A stretch of DNA of 64,000 nt, from NCBI GenBank assembly GCA_002269645.1, contig NIVC01002373.1, positions 62,001 to 126,000 on the forward strand, read 5' to 3'. The first letter of the stretch is position 1, and each line of letters starts with the position of its first letter. The DNA comes from Macrostomum lignano. Lineage: Eukaryota. The notes below the pieces were generated by a model. The model saw only the letters and a program-made list of their open reading frames with translations, was not told where the DNA came from and did not search any database. Shown one piece after another: positions 52,418-64,000 of the stretch. A program made the position numbers and the translations under genes.

Positions 52418-54156
52418 TGGAACCCCTAGCAGAATGGGATATCGAAATGGAATAATGAGCCATTGTAAATGCAGAAAAATTAGGCTAGGATGAACTATAG
52501 CTGATTCATACGCTCAAATTAAACATTGTGGAGACCTTGTAGTGTTCTAGTAGGACGGTAGAAAGTAAGGGACAGGAAAGAATTGGGAAGCGGGACAAAG
52601 GAAAATATGAGACAGAGAGCCAGCATAGGCTGAGGTGGCTGAGGAAGTACGCCTTACTAACTATGTCCGATCGATGGAGCTGCACTTGAGATGTGGAAGC
52701 TGGGAAAGAAAAGATGGAGACGCTGAGGAGGCAGAGGACAGAGGCTGTGTGGGGAAGTTCAGGAAGCCTCTCCGCCTTGCCTCACAGTGGCGGGAGCGGT
52801 GGGCAATTCGTGTCGAAAATGGTGGCCCCTAGTGCGAGAGTGAAGCGCAGGGAAGGCTGCAAATCACGGAGGCGAGATGAAGCTTTTTTGGTAACGCATG
52901 GAAGCCTAAACTAATGAGAGACGGAAGTCAAAGGGAAGAGTAGGAGCAGCGCGGATAGAGAAGTGGGGCTGAAAATGCGAAGCACAATCTCTTCAGAGAC
53001 TTCATTGCAGAGCACTGCTGCTTCGAATCTGTTTTGAGCTTTTCTGACTCCATATCTCATACACTAGAGCATCTTTTCTTTTTTCTCTGCCCCCGATGAC
53101 TGATTCCATTGATTAAACGGTATATCATATACTCTTTGACATTCATGACGTACACAGACCTACCTACACAGTAGCTAATTTTCAATTTACGTTCGTGACA
53201 TGCCTTACCTGGGTGTGTAGCGGACTAGCAGTTTTTCAAAATGTGATCACAGCAGACCTTGCGAAATCAGTCTATAAAGACACACATTATGTATGCAGTG
53301 TCCCAGTCATGTACATGTACATTGCATTATCAAGTACATGTACATGTATGCAGCTAAACACTTTATTGGATTTTCTAGCAAACGTGGGGGCCATTGCCCC
53401 TCCCCACTCCCCCGCATTACGCTCGTTACACGTACGCCTAGATGTTATACATTTATGTCTGCTGCATGGATTCATGTACCAAGGACCACTAGCAGAAATG
53501 TACAGCTAGCTGCATGTAAGCTAGTATATGGTATGCGTGCAATATAGTACTTACACGCAAACAGGTAAGGAAATAATTTTGGTGTAATTTATGCTAAGGA
53601 AAAATGCTTTTAATCTGACAAAAATGCATTATTAAGAATATAGCTCGTATATATGAAGTATAAACTTGAGCTACATATTCGCTGCTTCCTTCCATATATT
53701 TTTAAGCCAATCGCGTCGATCACCTAATACGAGTAAATATCTATAAAGAATAAATCATTCTTTTTTCTGCATTAAGGGGGTCTAGTATGCGGATGCATGC
53801 AATATAACACGAGGGAATTACTTTGATATTTAATATTTAATATTTAACACTTTAATATTTTACTTCATAAAGCTACTAAACAGATAAATAATAAAACTTA
53901 TTACTGTTTATTTCAAAACAGATAAAAGCTTTTTGCTATTAATCATTAACAAATAGATCGTTCTGTATAATAAATTGTTTTAAACAACATTGCAGCCAGC
54001 ACGCTCTCCAAGCGTTCTAAGAAACAGAAAATCTATCTGCAAAACCGACTAAAAAGAGCAGCTCAGCATTTTATTATTTATTGTCTGGTGTGTACAGTTT
54101 ATTTGCGATTCAAATGTACTATTTAATATCCAGGGCAAATTTTTGTTAAATTAGAA

Positions 54157-57100
54157 ATGTCATTGTTGCTTAACATCGTCGACTTCGATCCAAAAAAGCC
54201 AAAGAAGCTAACCAAAGTCAAAGACAAAGACAAAGTAAATAGGGATCATCAAAATTCTAAAAATGGTGATGAACAGCTTAGGAAAGCTGAAAAGAAGGCA
54301 TCAAAAAGCAAAGAAAAACCAGAAAAGGTAGGTCAACCAACGTTTAATGCATATAACATTTTTATTATTGGCATGCTAGCATCTTATTCTTAGTGCCAGC
54401 AAAAACCCAGTATCTAGGTGATTTGACACTGAATTTTCTATTGAAATATCTGATACCAAAACATATAGCATCATAGTATGAAGGGCATACTAAAAGTTTT
54501 GAGATACACTAAAACCACAAAAGTCTAAGACAAAATTTCTGTCACAAATTTTTTAATCTGAAAAATATTAAAAAATTCATTTTAAAGCATAAATTTCAAG
54601 CTTTCTGGGTTTTTAAAGCTCATAATAAGGCATTTGAATAAATCTTTGCATGTATCAATTTTCTGCTATAAATAGTATAGGTGAAAAAGCAAAAAATCAA
54701 TCAAATTATTAACCAAAAGGCAGTTGTTATTTGTCCGGTGACTGGACGAATAGTGATGTGGTTATTTGTCCAGTTACTAGATCCTGACCATGCTTTACTA
54801 TTCATCCGGTTAATACCAGACAAATAAACATTTTGTTATTTGTCCGGTTAAATTGATAATGCTAAAATATCTAGTTTATAAAAACCACAAGGGTAAATAT
54901 TCCTAGACTTCAAAGACTTCTTACTCGTGTCTTGATTATTATATTGTTATACTAGTGTGTGTCTTATACACCAAATTATGCCAAATTGAATACACTGCTT
55001 TGCTTACACTCAAGTAATACAAGAAAATATTAATCAGTATACGAGAAAAGGTCTTAAAAGTCAAGAATATTCATCACGAAACAAATAAGATATTTGTGTT
55101 AGCAATTTAACTGGACAAATAGCAAAAAGGCTATTTGTCCAGTCACCAGACAAATAACAACTGTCTAACCAAAATGGGTCCCCCAAAAAGGTTATTAATT
55201 GTTGCAACACTGGCATAGATTTGAGAGTATGAGCGAACACTTAATTTTTTTGGTCTGCATTTGTAATTATTCAATTATTGTTTGAGCATGCACTTAGCAT
55301 GATCTAGAGTATGGCTTTCAAACTAAGTCCCAAACAGTTAGCTCTTCATCAAAGGGAAAAGAAAAAATTATAGGATGCTAGGTTGATTTTAAATATTTCA
55401 CCAACTAGACTTTATTCTTGGCCAAAAATGCCAATGTTTCAGCAGCTATGTATATTGGAATTGTTAGGCCTATAGTGTAGCAACAGGCCATTAAGACTGT
55501 TAGTTTAATATGTAGCCAGTGTCTATACTAGGCCTATGCATTGAACACAAGCAATAGGGCCTAGGAACTAGTTGATATACTAGTAAATTGACTATCTGCC
55601 TGTCTTGGAAGGCCATAGTTGCCAAGTAGCCAGCTTGGCTAAAAAAGTCACCCTTATCTGTTTCCTTATGCTGTGGGCCTACTTGACCTTTGTTAGAATC
55701 GCATTATGTGCCAAATTGTTAATTGCTACTTGGTTTCTAGATTGTATTGGTAGACCCAGGTCTCATTGTGGTGATCTCTCAGCATTGCTTTGAGATACCA
55801 GAATTGAATATTTTGAGCATGAACTTGCACCAATGCATCCTCTCCATTTTTTGGTCCTCTGTCAAGTTGTGGGGCACCTAGTGAATACCACTTGGAGGCT
55901 CCTAGCTTGTTGTGCAAGATGTTTGTAACTACTGCCAATCCAATGCCAAGAGCTTCTCTGGTTGATTTTGGCACAAGTCATTTGTTGGTCTTTGTCAATC
56001 ATTCTCTAGACAGCAATGATGTTTTTGTCTATGACTATAGAAGCTCGATATCCCATCCAAGGTTTGTCATCAAGGCTGCTTTGGCCCTACTTATATTTGC
56101 TAGACTACCAAAAAACTGCTGGCATAGTCTCCAAAGACAGCATATAAACTTTCAATGCATTACTTTTGTGTGAGACCTTTTTGCTAGTCATGGCATACCC
56201 TATAGGAAAAAGTTTTAAAACCGCGGACGGTGTCCGGCGCACTTTTGAAAATTTTCTAAAGCGCAGCGCGCGCACAGGCGCATCACCTGCACGCGCGCTG
56301 CCCTTTCTTACTGGCTGCTGCTCTAGCAAATACATATACATGGAAATGGGTATAATACCCCTGTTGAAGGGGCTTATACACTCGTAATTTATTAAGCTTA
56401 GAGATGTTCCGAGAATTCAATTTCAATTTTCCAAAATTTGAAATTTTTTAGAGCGAATTTCAATTTAGAAAAAAATTTAGAAGTGAAAATTTTGGTAGTG
56501 TCTAAAGAGTCGCTAAAAATAAACTACTTTCTACTACATATACATGTATTACTTTTTGCTTAAGCAGTAAATTGAAAGTAAAAAAGTGAGTGTTGATCAT
56601 ACTAAACTTTGTTTTTCTGAATTATGATTTCGGGAAATTTCAATTTTGATTTTGGAAAGTTAGCAAATTTTGATTTCGACAAAACTGCAGATCTTTCGGA
56701 ACATCTCTAATAATCCTAAAGCGCAGTAAAATAGTTTGACTCTTTCTAAAGTGCGCGTCCGCGGGTTTTTAACATTTATTCCAATAGGGATGGCATAGAA
56801 GTTATTATTTGTTAACTCCATTGGAGCAAGTACAGTTTGATAGAAGGTATTGACTTTAAAGAGTAATTGTGAAAAATTGACAAGAGTGCAAAGGCTGAAA
56901 ATTTATACCTAATCATATTAAGGGTGGTAGAGTATGTATTTAAAAATTTGTATAGATTTGACTTATGAGTCAGCCATATCTCAAAATTTTTAGTATACTC
57001 CTTGTATCTATAATCAAAATAGTGGCTTTTGCCATGGATAATTCTAGTGTATATAAACTATTACTAATTTATTTAGTGCATAATCATAGCATATAATGTG

Positions 57101-59662
57101 GTTTCTAGTGCACATAGTGCTTAACCTTTTTTGACAAGTTTATTGTAAAATATATGGGCTAATTGTTTGTTTATCTTATTTGCATTTATTAGGTATTTAA
57201 TTTCTTTGTATATTCTCAAAATTGGACAACTATTTAGAATCAAATTGAATTAACCAAATATTCAGCTTGAATTAGAACTGAGAAGTTGGCAATCTGAAGA
57301 TTTAAAAGTTGCTTTAATATAGGCAAAGATTTGGAGCAAATCAAGAGTTAAGTATTTGTATTATGGCTTACAAGTATAAATAAAGGGAAGGAATTGGGGA
57401 TATATTAATTAGGAGATTAAGGGCTGAGAAGTTTGTATTTGAAGAATTGAGAGTTTTAAGGATTGTGGAATTGTGGCTCATAAATGAAAAATGGAATTTA
57501 GGATAGGATAACATGTGGAATGTCTTGAAGAAAGGCAGGGGTGCTTAAGCAGTTTTGAGCACATTGTGCTTAGATTAAGTAGTGAGGCTTTTGGAGGCTT
57601 TAAGGCTTTAAGAGCCCTTGAGGCTTTAGGAGAAGTGGAGCATTAGGAATCAAGTTTATAGAACTTGGATTTAGGGGTATTAATTCCCACAAATTTGGAG
57701 GGATTTAGTTGGAATTTTTTCTGGGTGAATTTCATTGGACAAGAAGTAAAGATGCAAGCCTTTTGGTTGAGGGCTGCTAAAGGTAATGTGGCTGAATATT
57801 AAATGCCATGTGTTTCTAGCAGTGAGTATACATGTAGCTAGACACCCTATTGGAATAAAAGTTGAAAACCTGCAGATGCGCGCTTTAGAGTAGAGTCAAA
57901 TTATTTTACCTTGCTTTAGCATTATTAGAGATGTTCCATTGCAATTGACGAAATTGTCCATTTCAATCTGTCGAAATCAAAATTCGATAACTTTCCGAAA
58001 TTGAAATTGAACTTGAAATTTTCCAAAATCAAAATTCAGAAAAACAAAGTTTAATATGACTAACACTTACTTTTTTACGTTTTGATTTACTGCTTATGCA
58101 AAACAAAATACATGTATATGTAGCAGAAATTACTCGCTGTCTATTTTTAGCCACTTGACACTTTCGAAATTTTGACTTCCAATTTTTTTTAAAATTAAAA
58201 TTTGCTCTTAAAAATTTCGAATTTTGGAAAATTGAAATTGAAATTTTGGAACATCGCTAAGTATTATAAATGACAAGTGTATAGGCTCCTTCTACAGAGG
58301 TATTAGGACCCCTTCCATGTATATTATTTGCTTGAGCAGCAGCCAGCAAGGAAGGGCACCGTGCGCGCGCACTGCGCTTTAGAAAAATTTCAAATGTGTG
58401 CCGGACGCTGTCTGCAGTTTTACAACTTTTTCCTATAGGGGCTAGACATTCCACACATGTTTAATCATTGTAATTCATGGTTTTACCAAAGTGCTCACCT
58501 GTGTGGCAGTTTTTTTGAGAAAATGGCAGCAAAAAAGCAACTTGCAACAAATGTTGGAACTTTTTGTCTTTATGAATAAAGATTTTTATCATTGTTCCTT
58601 TAAGTATATTCTACTTATAAATGGAAAAATGAAAGTCAGTCCATATTTATAATTGCTTTGATAGCCATTTATATAGAATGAATTCATTTAACTATCAATT
58701 AGCACTACTGGCAAGTGATTAATGAGTAGTGAGGTGGGCATATTATTGACAGAAATATTTGTATTTGGTATTTTTCAGTATTCAAATTGGTTCTGTCAGA
58801 TATTTGAATCTGACATGGAATCAGTTCAAAAATTTTATATGACATGGGATACTTAAAACAAAGAAACAAAATAAGGATATAGCTATTGTTTGATTGCCTT
58901 TCAATAGCTTTCTTTGCTTCATAGAAAAAATCCAATTATTAATTTCTTTTATTAAAGATACTAAAGTACAATGTGTGTTCCTATCTCTGTCATATATTTT
59001 GGAAGTCTGACAAACAGACAATTTGCTATCCATCTGTTTCTACTAACTGCAAAAAACTATGAAGCTTTGCTTGTCTCGACATTAAGGAATGAAAAATGTG
59101 TTGAAAAAGTTGAAAATCAATACTTTACCTTAAAGCCTGTACTTTTTGCCAGAAGTAAACGCTGTAGTGGCTTTGTTAAAATTCAAATCTGTTTGTAAAT
59201 GTCAATCCACTGGAGATAAGTGCATTTACTATACTTGTAAAATCATCTTTATGACATGTAGTTGATCCTACCTTTTCTAATACAAGTATAACTCATTTGT
59301 TAAATGGAGTTACAATTTTATTTTTATTGTTTTTGTATGTGGAGAATTCTTTTACTCAAAAGTACTTAGCAGTGAGGGGACTGAAGCCTTTGCCTGCACT
59401 TTCAACTCCTTAGGCTGCTCAGAACAATGCAAAGCGCAAGCTGTCTGCAGCCTCAGCGGCCACCGAATCCCCCGCGCCAAAGAAGTTCAGGCCAGAGGCT
59501 CCTAAAGGAACCGCAATTAGGAAGAAACTGTCCAAAACTGATGAGGCGGCGGCGGGCCCAGCTTCCGTAGCCGCTCGCGCCGGAAATTTGGAATTCGAAT
59601 CGGCGCCAGCGGAGCAGCGGGAGAAGCGGCAGCAGCTGCAGACTCAGCAGCGACATCAGTAG
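54157..59662 (+). CDS. Possible Lys-rich nuclear protein, exons 54157-54327 and 59414-59662 around a 5-kb transposon-filled intron
   Basis: Donor AAG|GTAGGT (phase 0) and acceptor CCTTAG|GCT (phase 0). Exon 2 reads AAQNNAKRKLSAASAATESPAPKKFRPE...QQRHQ-stop. The join is unproven and the two exons differ in GC. Confidence 0.35.
54719..55165. mobile_element. Non-autonomous DNA transposon (MITE), Mutator-like
   Basis: ~35-bp TIRs GGCAGTTGTTATTTGTCCGGTGACTGGACGAATAG with an inverted copy ending at 55165; 9-bp direct repeat TAACCAAAA at 54710-54718 and 55166-55174. Confidence 0.85.
55260..56821 (-). pseudogene. Decayed mariner transposase, interrupted by a MITE at 56198-56789
   Basis: Broken frames read MELTNNNF(Y)AM, SLDDKP, EALGIGLAVVTNILHNKLG, *VPHNLTEDQK, (D/N)ETWVYQYNLETK, DLASYNFF: recognisable as WVPHEL, GDETW and YSPDLAP-type mariner motifs. 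Confidence 0.8.
56198..56789 (+). mobile_element. Composite MITE, copy 1 (CCCTAT.GGAA TIRs, 8-bp TSD ATGGCATA) with a nested hAT-like MITE at 56399-56709
   Basis: TSD at 56190-56197 and 56790-56797; imperfect ~32-bp TIRs; inner TIRs TAGAGATGTTCC. Confidence 0.88.
57845..58440 (-). mobile_element. Composite MITE, copy 2, inverted (8-bp TSD GCTAGACA) with a nested hAT-like MITE at 57926-58259
   Basis: TSD at 57837-57844 and 58441-58448; collinear with copy 1 in reverse complement; inner TSD AGCATTAT/AGTATTAT. Confidence 0.88.
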
Positions 59663-60224
59663 TATACGTTTTTTTGACACAAAGCCGATTTCCTTATGGC
59701 GAAATACATAGTAAGTACAGGCCCAAAAAAATGGCAGAGTCCGAAATTTCATGTGCACGCAGTCTGAAATTCCGTGTGCACGCAGTCTGAAATTCCAAGT
59801 GCACGCTAAATATCTTTTACGCAACGTGATTATTCAGACGAATTGCATATCCACCTGTCCAAAATACAAGTAACCAATTCTAACAATGGTGACACAAACA
59901 CACTTCAAAGGATTCCATTCAAGACAAATTTACTCCAAAGCTATTCACACATTTCAAGTGTTATTGAAATATTGAAAACTTGCGAATATTATCACCCTTT
60001 TGAAGAAAGATAGTAAGTGATCTATTCTTGAGTGCCTATAGAATTTTTGCACCAACTTGAGCAGATGGTTTACAGATACTATGTCAACAACCACGTCAAC
60101 ATGCTTCTTCTTTACTATATATATATATATATATATACGAACACACTGACACAGAAAATATTCAATAACTCAAACCAAGTATACATTATACTACTTGTTC
60201 AACTATACGTACATCTTAAGAGAA

Positions 60225-61160
60225 ATGAAGCGATCACGTCAGCAGGAATTGGCCGAGCGCTATGTTAAACAAGGTAAGATAATCACCTACTCTAGTTCAG
60301 TTTTCTTTTTAGATTGACAGTTTGCTAGTTTAGTTTCTAGATTGATTGTTAGTTCGTTTTCTGTTTAGACCTATCCTCTTTTAGCTCAGTTTACATTGAT
60401 TCTCTGCTAGTTCAGTCTCTAGATTGATTCTCTGCTAGTTCAGTCTCTAGATTGATTCTCTGCTAGTTCAGTCTCTAGATTGATTCTCTGCTAGTTCAGT
60501 CTCTAGATTGATTCTCTGCTAGTTCAGTCTCTAGATTGATTGTCTGCTAGTTCAGTTTCTGTTTAGACTGATTCTCTGCTAGTTCAGTTTCTATATACAT
60601 TATTTACATGCACCTATACCAAATTTTCCCTCATCTTATCCATTATTACAGCATTCAAGAATGGTGTCTTCACGCGGCCACCTCCAGATCAGTGCAAACG
60701 CATTTGCCATGCCACCACCACATCCAATTCTGCTGCAAGAGCATCATACTACTCTACATCTCTCGCCAAAGTAACCTCGATTCATGTCGAGAGACAGACA
60801 ACTGAGCTAGATCGCATTTACACAAGAACTGATGTTATTCAGTCAATTAGGCAGCAATCGAACCCACGACCAACTGACCAACTGCAGTATGCACCACCAC
60901 CATCACCAACCAGCTACAATGACCCAACAGAGCAAGCTTGCAGTGGACCTACAAGTACCAAACCAACGATAGCAAATGAAACACCGTCATCATCAATTGC
61001 TATTTCTACCCAAGTTCAACAGCTGCTAAACTCACCAATTATTGTACAGAAGGACATCAAGTCTGTAAAAGTCTCTCAAACAAGCACAGGCTTCTACCAA
61101 GTAGAATTAACAAAAACCTGTAATACAACTCAAGTATTTGAGTATTGGGACCTATCTTAA
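60225..61160 (+). CDS. Orphan two-exon gene (60225-60273, 60652-61160), about 185 aa, absent from the ORF track
   Basis: MKRSRQQELAERYVKQ then CAAG|GTAAGA (phase 1); acceptor TTATTACAG|CA (phase 1) opens a 169-codon stop-free frame in AT-rich DNA. Confidence 0.7.
60398..60590. repeat. 28-bp minisatellite (ttctctgctagttcagtctctagattga) inside the intron of the 60.2-kb gene
   Basis: Direct periodicity, about 6-7 copies. Confidence 0.93.
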
Positions 61161-61688
61161 AAAGACATTTTTTCTAAATCTTCATCAAATTTTGCCAGCA
61201 ATATGTCCAAGTAATTGCTCTTTTAGTATATATCAAACAAGTATGTAATCAATAATATAATCTCTATAAATTCATTATTCTAAAAAATTCTCTCAATTTT
61301 ATTCATCATTCATTGAAATTATTTAATTCAATATAAAGTCAATATCCTGTACAGTTATCATTAAACAAAAATATTAATCCATGCAAATAAACTTTTTCAA
61401 TATTCTTAAACTTGTATTAAATGCTTCTTTAATTTTTTTCTTACAAACTAAAAATGTAATAATGGTACATATTTAACAACAAAAAATTATATACAGTATT
61501 TAACTACAGTTACACTAATCAATAAAAATGATACAGTAATACAAAAATACTAAAACACAACACAAATGCAAGTAAATATATAATCATAAAATGCTAGTTT
61601 ACTTTTGCAAGAAAAATATTAATACAACAACACTCCACTCAGGAAAACATACAAAAATATTAAAGCAAATAATTGTAATAAAAGAAAA

Positions 61689-61696
<8 letters not shown>

Positions 61697-61722
<26 letters not shown>
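61697..61722. repeat. (CA)n microsatellite
   Basis: Direct inspection. Confidence 0.95.
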
Positions 61723-61725
<3 letters not shown>

Positions 61726-62133
61726 AAATATTTACAAAATTGTAATCAAATCCACATAAGACAAGAATTAGTAAATAAAAAACTAAATATTTTCAAATAT
61801 TAAATGTACTAATTAAGTTTTTGTTTAAAAAATATACTATTTGCTTTATTATACACTATATATTTTTCTCCATCTATTGGGTTTAATATTTCTAGTGATC
61901 AAAGCTTTTTAAACAATCATTTTCTAGGTTTTATAAAAAATATATAAAAAAGTTATATGTCTAAATGCTTCTTATAATTTTTATATAATGAATGAAAACT
62001 ATGAAAACTATTTTTTATTACAGTTAATCAACAGAAAATAAAGGAGATAGGCAACTTTTGAAAAAGTAAATAAAAAGTAAAAGTAATTTCAGTTCGAAAA
62101 AGAAAGCGTCAAAAATAAACACAATCAAAGTAA

Positions 62134-62687
62134 TCAATTAGCAACTAGAGTTGCGTCCGAATCTATGGTTGATTCCTCTAGCCTACTCAAGCCATGCTGA
62201 GTGCTTGCAACTTCTGCTTGATTTAATCCATATGGCGTCGATGTAACTATTTTAGCTATTCGACGAGGAGACTGCCAGTTGTCATTGTCAATTGTGCCCG
62301 AGGAAGAACCACAATTGGTAATAGGTGCTTTATTAGGAGTTACAGCTGACACACTTGTCAATGCCGTCTCTTCCATCATTTTAGTACCACCAGTAGCAGG
62401 TGAACTAAAAGTAATTGAAAGACAGTTAACTTTTAATTAATAATATTCTTTTTACAGTGTATCAAAGCCAAGACCAGAAAAATAGCTTACATGCTCTTCT
62501 TCCAATATCGCAATCGAAATGCGACAACAACAACGCACATGACAGCAATGACAGCTACAATAATAACCTGAACCAGACCAATTCTTTCGGTTTGGCTCAC
62601 TAATTTGTCGATATTGCTCACTAGCTTACTAATAGATTCCGCATTTCCCTGAACTAAAATTACAACTTTATTAGTTTGGGGTACCAT
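62134..62687 (-). CDS. Orphan single-pass membrane protein, exons 62687-62491 and 62404-62134 (>=155 aa; upstream exons possible)
   Basis: TM IGLVQVIIVAVIAVMCVVVVAF followed by RLRYWKK; donor AT|GTAAGC and acceptor TTTTAG|T are both phase 2 and join the two track ORFs. Confidence 0.72.
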
Positions 62688-63029
62688 TTTCTTCTAAACT
62701 AAATAAAAATATGCAAGACAAACAAAAGAAATTCTCTAAAATAAAAGGCACACCTATAACAATAATCCAGCTCTAGACTCTAAACTATGAATCAACGTAA
62801 AGAAAATCTCCGTTTCAAAAATAAATTTTTTATTATATAAATATAACAAAAAATCGTAAACTAATACTTTGTAACTAATTAGAAATATTAAGTTTGCCAA
62901 CTGTTAAACTTAAATACTTGAGCAAAATATAGGTATGGATGTAGGTACGATTAGCTACATTAATTTGTAAAAATTATCTTTCTTAAGCATGCGGAAAATA
63001 CGTTTCTTTAGCCATGGTCTGGCTTTTGC

Positions 63030-63740
63030 CTCATGATTTAGCCGTATGCTCCGACTTTTGCCTCAACAGTATGATTTAGTCGTATGGTCCGACTTTTATC
63101 CCAACAGTATGATTTAGCTGTGGTCCAGCTTTTACCTCAACAGTTTTTTAGCCGTGGTCCGGCTTTTTTTGCAACAGTATTATTTAGCTGTGGTCTAGCT
63201 TAAAACTGAATCAACAGTGATTTAGTTATAGTCCAGGCTTAACTACCTCAACGATGATTTAGCTATAGTCCAGGCTTAACTGTCTCAACAGTAATTTTAG
63301 CTGTAGTCCAGACTTAACTGCCTCAACAGTGATTTTAGCTGTGGTCCAGGCAACTGTCTCAACAGGGATTTAGCTGTAGTCCGATTAGCTTAACTGTCCA
63401 GTTATTTAGCTGTGAGCCAAGCAGCAGCACCCGTCTCAACAGTGAGAATTAGCTATGGTCAGCTTTACCTCAACTGTGATTTGGCTGCTGTGGTCTAGCA
63501 TAACTGACTCAACAGTAATTTTAGCTGTAGTCGTCCAGCTTAACCACCCGTCCAGTTTTATAACCATGGTCCAGCTTAACCACCGTCTCAACGAACAGCG
63601 ATTTAGTCGTGGTCCAGCTTAACCGTCTCAACGTACAGTGATTTAGCCATGGGTCTAGTAGCAATTAACCGTATCAATAGTGATTTAGCCGTGGTCCAGC
63701 TTAACTGTCTCAACACAGTAATTTAGCTTAGTCCAAACAG
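63030..63740. repeat. Degenerate ~40-47-bp tandem array (atttagctgtggtccagcttaactgtctcaacagtg)
   Basis: Recurrent atttagc...ggtcc...ctcaacag with many indels. Confidence 0.85.
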
Positions 63741-64000
63741 CATTTGTGTGTCAACTGCACTGACTGCATGCGGTTATAGCAGCGGCAGTCATTATAGTCC
63801 CAACAAGCTGCGCGTCGCAGCATGATAGTGTAACTCTATATAGCTTCTGCTCAATATAGGACTGCAAAAGCTGAGTTGCAACTATACCTTTTTCTGTTTG
63901 AAAAGTAACACTCTATATATAGGTTACTCAAGCAATCTCTTGTCATCGTGCGAGCTAAAAAATTCCAACATGCAAGCAAAACTTTCAATAAATTAATTTC

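Noticed and set aside
56198-58440. One 2.2-kb transposon with 600-bp terminal inverted repeats
   Set aside because: Each arm has its own TIRs and its own distinct 8-bp TSD, so these are two separate insertions.
1-64000. tRNA, rRNA, snRNA or spliced-leader RNA genes
   Set aside because: None recognised by eye; a covariance-model scan is needed to exclude them.

Overview
Eukaryotic (animal) genomic DNA, not prokaryotic. GC-rich spliced exons alternate with about 25 different 14-56 bp minisatellites and with AT-rich, CpG-stripped transposon debris (about 4.1-7.6 kb and 53-63 kb). This architecture fits a flatworm such as Macrostomum, which is an inference I cannot confirm. Nearly all long ORFs in the supplied track are minisatellite artefacts, so real genes were rebuilt by hand from splice sites. 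Genes: 5' end of an insulin-receptor-family gene (-); a 14-exon POMGNT1-like gene with degenerate catalytic motifs (-); a zinc-finger + TALE-homeodomain gene (+); a Cys-free thioredoxin-like ER protein ending in KDEL (-); an intronless DIRAS GTPase (-); several orphan two-exon genes. Main leads: (1) intronic minisatellites whose units copy the adjacent splice donor or acceptor, giving tens of decoy or alternative sites; (2) a C-to-T decay signature at CpG and apparently CpA in the transposon domains, reminiscent of RIP; (3) a TAG-CTAG stop-readthrough candidate; (4) a composite MITE-in-MITE that moved as a unit into a dead mariner. All family assignments are by eye from remembered motifs; no searches were run.
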